Of a DNA stretch of 11,000 nt, positions 9,490 through 11,000 are shown piece by piece. This DNA comes from Takakia lepidozioides (taxonomy: Eukaryota > Plantae > Bryophyta), in NCBI GenBank assembly GCA_030704615.1, contig JAKLZA010000033.1, positions 1-11,000 of the forward strand, read 5' to 3'. A program made the position numbers and the translations under genes. The first letter of the stretch is position 1. The number at the start of each line of letters is the position of its first letter. A model generated the notes under the pieces. That model was not told the DNA's origin and did not search any database. It saw only the letters and a program-made list of their open reading frames with translations.

Positions 9490-9996
9490 TGACGATCCCG
9501 AAGATAAGCAGGTCGACAACGACTTTTCATGTGAGTAAGTGCTAAACCCTCTTTGGGAGTCATACTCAATTTCTCGATAACATCAAAGTTACAGTAATAA
9601 CTTTTTCAGGCTGTCTTTCAGGAAAGCCAGCGGTGGATCTTCAGGAGATACAGTCATTTCTGGCGAGTCTGTTTTCGACAGCCCCCTTTCCAATTTTCTG
9701 CTCCCTGTTTATGCCGAAGCAATGGCACTTCACGCGTCCGAGTCCCTATCCCCTGACTTTTTAGTGGCCAGCCGTAGGTGTATCCAGCGTGGATCCGGTG
9801 TTCTAAAATACTTAGACTTAGATGCAGAGGAAGAGGGGATACATTGTACTGACTCTGAGTCAGACTGAACTGTATTCTTTTAATATTCATTTTCATATTA
9901 TCTGGAAACGTTGAATCCCCTTACTCTACCGTAGTTGTTCCTTTAGAACAAATAATAATCACAGAATCAACTTTCGTTTAAATTGCTATATGTATG

Positions 9997-10350
9997 AATC
10001 CATCTCACAAACCTTCCTGACTCTTCTCATATCCATTGTGCATTCATCTACACTGTATTCATGCGTGCTCCATTCATGAAAGCTTCCTTTGTACAACATC
10101 CATTGTACATTCATCCTCTGTACTCTTTAATCCACCCCACAAACCTTCCACACTCATTTCATATACTTTGTGCATTCGTCAAAAGATTTGGTCATGCATC
10201 TTCCTGTCATGAATTTTTGTCATTGCTCAACATCCATTATACATTCATCCATTTTACTCTTATCCATCCGTCATTCATCCATCTACATAGATTTTTCAAA
10301 CTCATCCATCTGTTTATCATCCAACTGTACATTCATCCATCATTTATTCA
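9997..10350. repeat. Degenerate ~132-bp tandem repeat rich in CATCCAT/CATTCAT (about 2.5 copies)
   Basis: aatccatctcacaaaccttcc at 9997 versus aatccaccccacaaaccttcc at 10129; caacatccattgtacattcatcc at 10094 versus caacatccattatacattcatcc at 10228. Confidence 0.8.
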
Positions 10351-10369
10351 ATGCCTTTTATTATGTCGT

Positions 10370-10556
10370 CCAGCTTGTTTCCGCGGTAAAGGGTGCCAAT
10401 CCGCGGGAATACACTCCACTTCTTTCTGGGTGCGTGGTGACTCGGCCTCCACGTGTGATGACGTGGACTGAGACCCGTGACGTGGCATTTGCGCAAGGTG
10501 ACGTGGCGTGAGCGCAGTCGCGCTCACGTGACCAGGCTCACGCCGAGGCATCCCTA
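10370..10556. other. GC/CpG-rich block with three TGACGTGG motifs and a GC hairpin; candidate transposon terminal region
   Basis: TGACGTGG at 10459, 10478 and 10499; CACGTG at 10450 and 10525; hairpin cgtgagcgc-agtc-gcgctcacg at 10507-10528. Base composition changes abruptly on both sides. Confidence 0.45.
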
Positions 10557-10561
10557 CCTCG

Positions 10562-10665
10562 CAGGGTCCTCCAATACTCCTTGAAGGACCCCAAAGATCC
10601 TCCAAACACTCCTCCAAGGGCCCTCAAATATCTTCCAAACAATCCTCCAAAGACCTTTAAATTTC
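10562..10665. repeat. Short degenerate ~32-33-bp tandem repeat (CCTCCAAA-rich)
   Basis: aaggaccccaaagatcctccaaacactcctcc is followed by aagggccctcaaatatcttccaaacaatcctcc and a partial third copy. Confidence 0.65.
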
Positions 10666-10691
10666 ACCAAGTCCTTTCATTGTTGATATCC

Positions 10692-11000
10692 TAACAGAGG
10701 TATAGTCTGAGGTTGCTAGGGTCCCTTATGTTGATGATACCTTTACAAAGGTATAGTCTGAAAATGAGGGTTCTGTTTGGTATACTAACAGAGGTATAGT
10801 CTGAGCTGATTAGGGTCCACATATGGTGATACCTCAACAGAGTTATAGTAAAAGGGACAAGCTCCTGTTTGGTATACTAACAGAGGTATAGTCTGAGCTT
10901 ATTAGGGTTTATATATGGTGATACCTCAATAGAGGTATAGTAAAAGGGACAAGCTCTTGTTTGGTATATTAACAGAGGTATACTAGTCTGAGCTGATTAG
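10692..11000. repeat. 92-94-bp tandem repeat (satellite/minisatellite) built from two related half-units, running off the window end
   Basis: taacagaggtata starts at 10692, 10786, 10878 and 10970. Each unit has a second acaga/aggtatagt-like sub-copy near its middle. Confidence 0.92.

Larger units (their letters stand above)
1..10556. mobile_element. Putative large Mutator-like DNA transposon carrying a ParB-methyltransferase accessory gene; left end outside the window, right end tentative
   Basis: A transposase gene sits head-to-head with a prokaryote-type ParB/MTase gene, followed by subterminal-like repeats and a GC-rich terminal-like block. No TIR pair or target-site duplication can be verified here. 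Confidence 0.55.

Noticed and set aside
9849-9863. Palindrome CTGACTC-T-GAGTCAG
   Set aside because: It is a single copy with 7-bp arms, unrelated to the 22-bp motif and expected by chance in 11 kb.
10507-10545. Helitron 3' end (GC hairpin)
   Set aside because: No CTRR terminus follows the hairpin at the expected distance, and no Rep/helicase is present.
10549-10556. hAT (Ac/Ds-like TAGGGATG) terminal repeat as evidence for a hAT element
   Set aside because: It is only an 8-bp match, and the transposase motifs (D..D..CxxH..E) are Mutator-type. Kept only as a tentative boundary.
10061-10617. His/Ile/Ser-rich ORFs 10061..10471, 10170..10511 and 10348..10617
   Set aside because: They are translations of CATC/CATT repeats and the GC-rich block, with no coding signal.

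Overview
Eukaryotic DNA with GT-AG introns, T-rich intron interiors and mostly TGCAG acceptors. A land plant host is an inference, not something the sequence proves. The window appears to hold most of one large DNA transposon with two divergently transcribed genes. (1) Minus strand, 3380->64: a Mutator/MULE-type DDE transposase with an N-terminal GCM/WRKY-like zinc-finger region, one clean intron and a +1 frame break before a Cys-rich C-terminal domain. (2) Plus strand, 4235->9489: a 9-exon gene of about 1067 aa whose splice phases all match. It fuses a ParB/Srx-type domain (WDGNHRLLAW) to a C-terminal beta-class N4C/N6A DNA-methyltransferase-like domain. The two long introns of this gene carry 11 copies of a 22-bp palindrome, TGAATG(T/G)CGT-T(G/A)-ACG(A/C)CATTCA, which is conserved while its flanks diverge. 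This suggests a parS-like binding array inside a ParB-MTase gene carried by a transposon. To the right are degenerate 132-bp repeats, a GC-rich TGACGTGG/hairpin block (candidate element end) and satellite-like tandem repeats. The left end of the element is not in the window. All domain calls come from motif recognition by eye; no database search was run.
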